Source: Candidatus Saccharimonadia bacterium
GTDB lineage: Bacteria; Patescibacteriota; Saccharimonadia; Saccharimonadales; 2-12-FULL-41-12
Assembly: GCA_963717365.1 (NCBI GenBank)
Contig: OY970327.1
Location: 267,599 to 331,598, forward strand
Direction of reading: 5' to 3'
DNA length: 64,000 bases
Under the pieces are notes generated by a model. It made no database searches. It saw nothing but the letters and a program-made list of their open reading frames with translations, and had not been told where the DNA came from. This document shows, piece after piece, positions 63,080-64,000 of the stretch; positions within the stretch are counted from its first letter, which is position 1, and the number at the start of each line of letters is the position of its first letter. A program made the translations under genes and the position numbers.

Positions 63080-64000
63080 ATGGCTACAAAGAGTAAGACT
63101 GCAGCAAATTCAACTAATACTAAACGTAAATTTTATACCGATAACACTCAGGTCCTTGACCTGCCAAACCTGGTAGACCACCAGAACCGTTCATGGCAAT
63201 GGTTTGTAGAAGAAGGGCTTGGTGAACTGTTGGCTGAAATTAGCCCAATTGATGATTATACCGGCACAAAGCTAAGCCTAAGTTTTAAAGAATACCACTT
63301 TGAAGATCCAAAAGTACCTGAAGCTGAGGCTCGCGAGAACAACGTTTCTTACGAAGCACCGCTAAAGGCTACCGTTGTCCTGACTAATAAAGTTACCGGC
63401 GAAGTTAAGGAGCATGAGATTTATCTTGGGGATTTCCCATGGATGACTGACCGCGGTACATTTGTAATTAACGGCGCAGAGCGGGTGGTTGTTAGCCAGT
63501 TAATTCGTTCAGCCGGTGTATTCTTTACTTCAGAGCTATCAGGTGGACGAAATGTCTACGGCGCTAAGGTTATTCCAGGCCGTGGTGCTTGGCTTGAGTT
63601 TGAAACTGCCGCCAACGGCGCTATGTACGTCAAAATCGACCGCAAGCGTAAAATTCCAGTAACTACCCTGCTTCGTGCATTTGGCATGAGCGAACCTCAA
63701 ATTAAAGATGCCTTTAAGCATGTTGATACCGAGGAAAGCAAGCACTTGCAGGCTACGCTTGATAAAGATCCTTCCAAAAGTGTCAGCGAAGCGCTTATTG
63801 AGGTTTATCGTCGTCTGCGTCCCGGCGACTTGGCAACAATTGATAACGCCCGCAGCCTACTCGAAAACATGTTCTTCAACTTTAAGCGCTTCGATTTCTC
63901 CCGTGTTGGCCGTTACAAAATTAACAAACGTCTTGACCTGGACGTTGCTAATACAGCCGAAAACCGCGTTATGCGCCTGGAAGATCTGATTGCCATCATC
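63080..64000 (+). CDS. rpoB: DNA-directed RNA polymerase subunit beta, 3' end cut by window edge
   Basis: Not in the ORF track because there is no stop in the window. My translation is MATKSKTAANSTNTKRKFYTDNTQVLDLPNLVDHQNRSWQWFVEEGL...GDFPWMTDRGTFVINGAERVVVSQLIRSAGVFF, the conserved RpoB N-terminal region. The frame is open to base 64000. Confidence 0.95.
   Translation, partial: MATKSKTAANSTNTKRKFYTDNTQVLDLPNLVDHQNRSWQWFVEEGLGELLAEISPIDDYTGTKLSLSFKEYHFEDPKVPEAEARENNVSYEAPLKATVVLTNKVTGEVKEHEIYLGDFPWMTDRGTFVINGAERVVVSQLIRSAGVFFTSELSGGRNVYGAKVIPGRGAWLEFETAANGAMYVKIDRKRKIPVTTLLRAFGMSEPQIKDAFKHVDTEESKHLQATLDKDPSKSVSEALIEVYRRLRPGDLATIDNARSLLENMFFNFKRFDFSRVGRYKINKRLDLDVANTAENRVMRLEDLIAII

Noticed and set aside
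1-64000. Alternative genetic code (UGA recoding, as in some candidate phyla)
   Set aside because: TGA is used as a genuine stop at conserved protein C-termini (pheT at 9175-9177, gatA at 26627-26629). All conserved genes translate full length with the standard code.
1-64000. CRISPR arrays, transposases/integrases, prophage or defence-island content
   Set aside because: No spaced direct-repeat arrays, no recombinase, transposase or phage structural motifs, and no recognisable restriction, toxin-antitoxin or other defence genes were seen. The window is a core housekeeping region.

Overview
This is a densely packed (about 93% coding), almost entirely housekeeping chromosomal segment. I call about 62 CDS and one tRNA-Leu(UAG). 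I found no rRNA, CRISPR array, transposase, integrase or prophage signature. The standard code applies, since TGA terminates pheT and gatA. Gene content includes split transketolase, a PfkB kinase next to class II aldolase, gatCAB, a lone PilB-type ATPase with a lone pilin, and many small membrane proteins of unknown function. By inference only, this fits a reduced-genome Patescibacteria/CPR organism, possibly Saccharibacteria-like. Recognisable blocks in order: ZIP transporter (5' partial), SpoOM-like, rmuC, pyrC/pyrD-like pair, yajQ, pheST, Nudix, FKBP, grx-trxB, GDPD. Then an 8-gene sugar-phosphate cluster (ppa-gap-rpiB-rpe-tktN-tktC-fba-pfkB), an unknown 398-aa gene, a LOG/TIGR00725-like gene and a pilin-like gene. 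Then uvrB, an orphan alpha/beta-hydrolase-like gene, gatC-gatA-(membrane ORF)-gatB, galU, ytxH, dnaE, CAP-domain protein, SpoU methyltransferase, pilB, rplS, rnhB, yraN, pepN and nusA. Finally clpC, an HExxH protein, radA, PBP1A, tyrS, methyltransferase, recG, rsmD, tRNA-Leu, hisS, tig, clpP, an unknown gene, and rpoB (3' partial). No obvious multi-gene novel system (defence island, secretion locus or mobile element) is visible; the most unusual signals are regulatory. Main second-look items: (1) Two near-consensus CIRCE (HrcA operator) inverted repeats sit on the -35 boxes of the clpC and clpP promoters rather than at chaperone genes. (2) At least 12 genes have a -10 or extended -10 box ending 6-9 nt before the start codon with no Shine-Dalgarno, implying widespread leaderless mRNAs alongside classical SD-led genes. 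(3) A membrane protein is translationally coupled inside gatCAB. (4) TyrRS has TVGN in place of the class I HIGH signature. (5) Terminator-like leader hairpins lie upstream of nusA and rpoB. (6) An unknown gene plus a LOG-like gene follow directly after the pentose-phosphate cluster.
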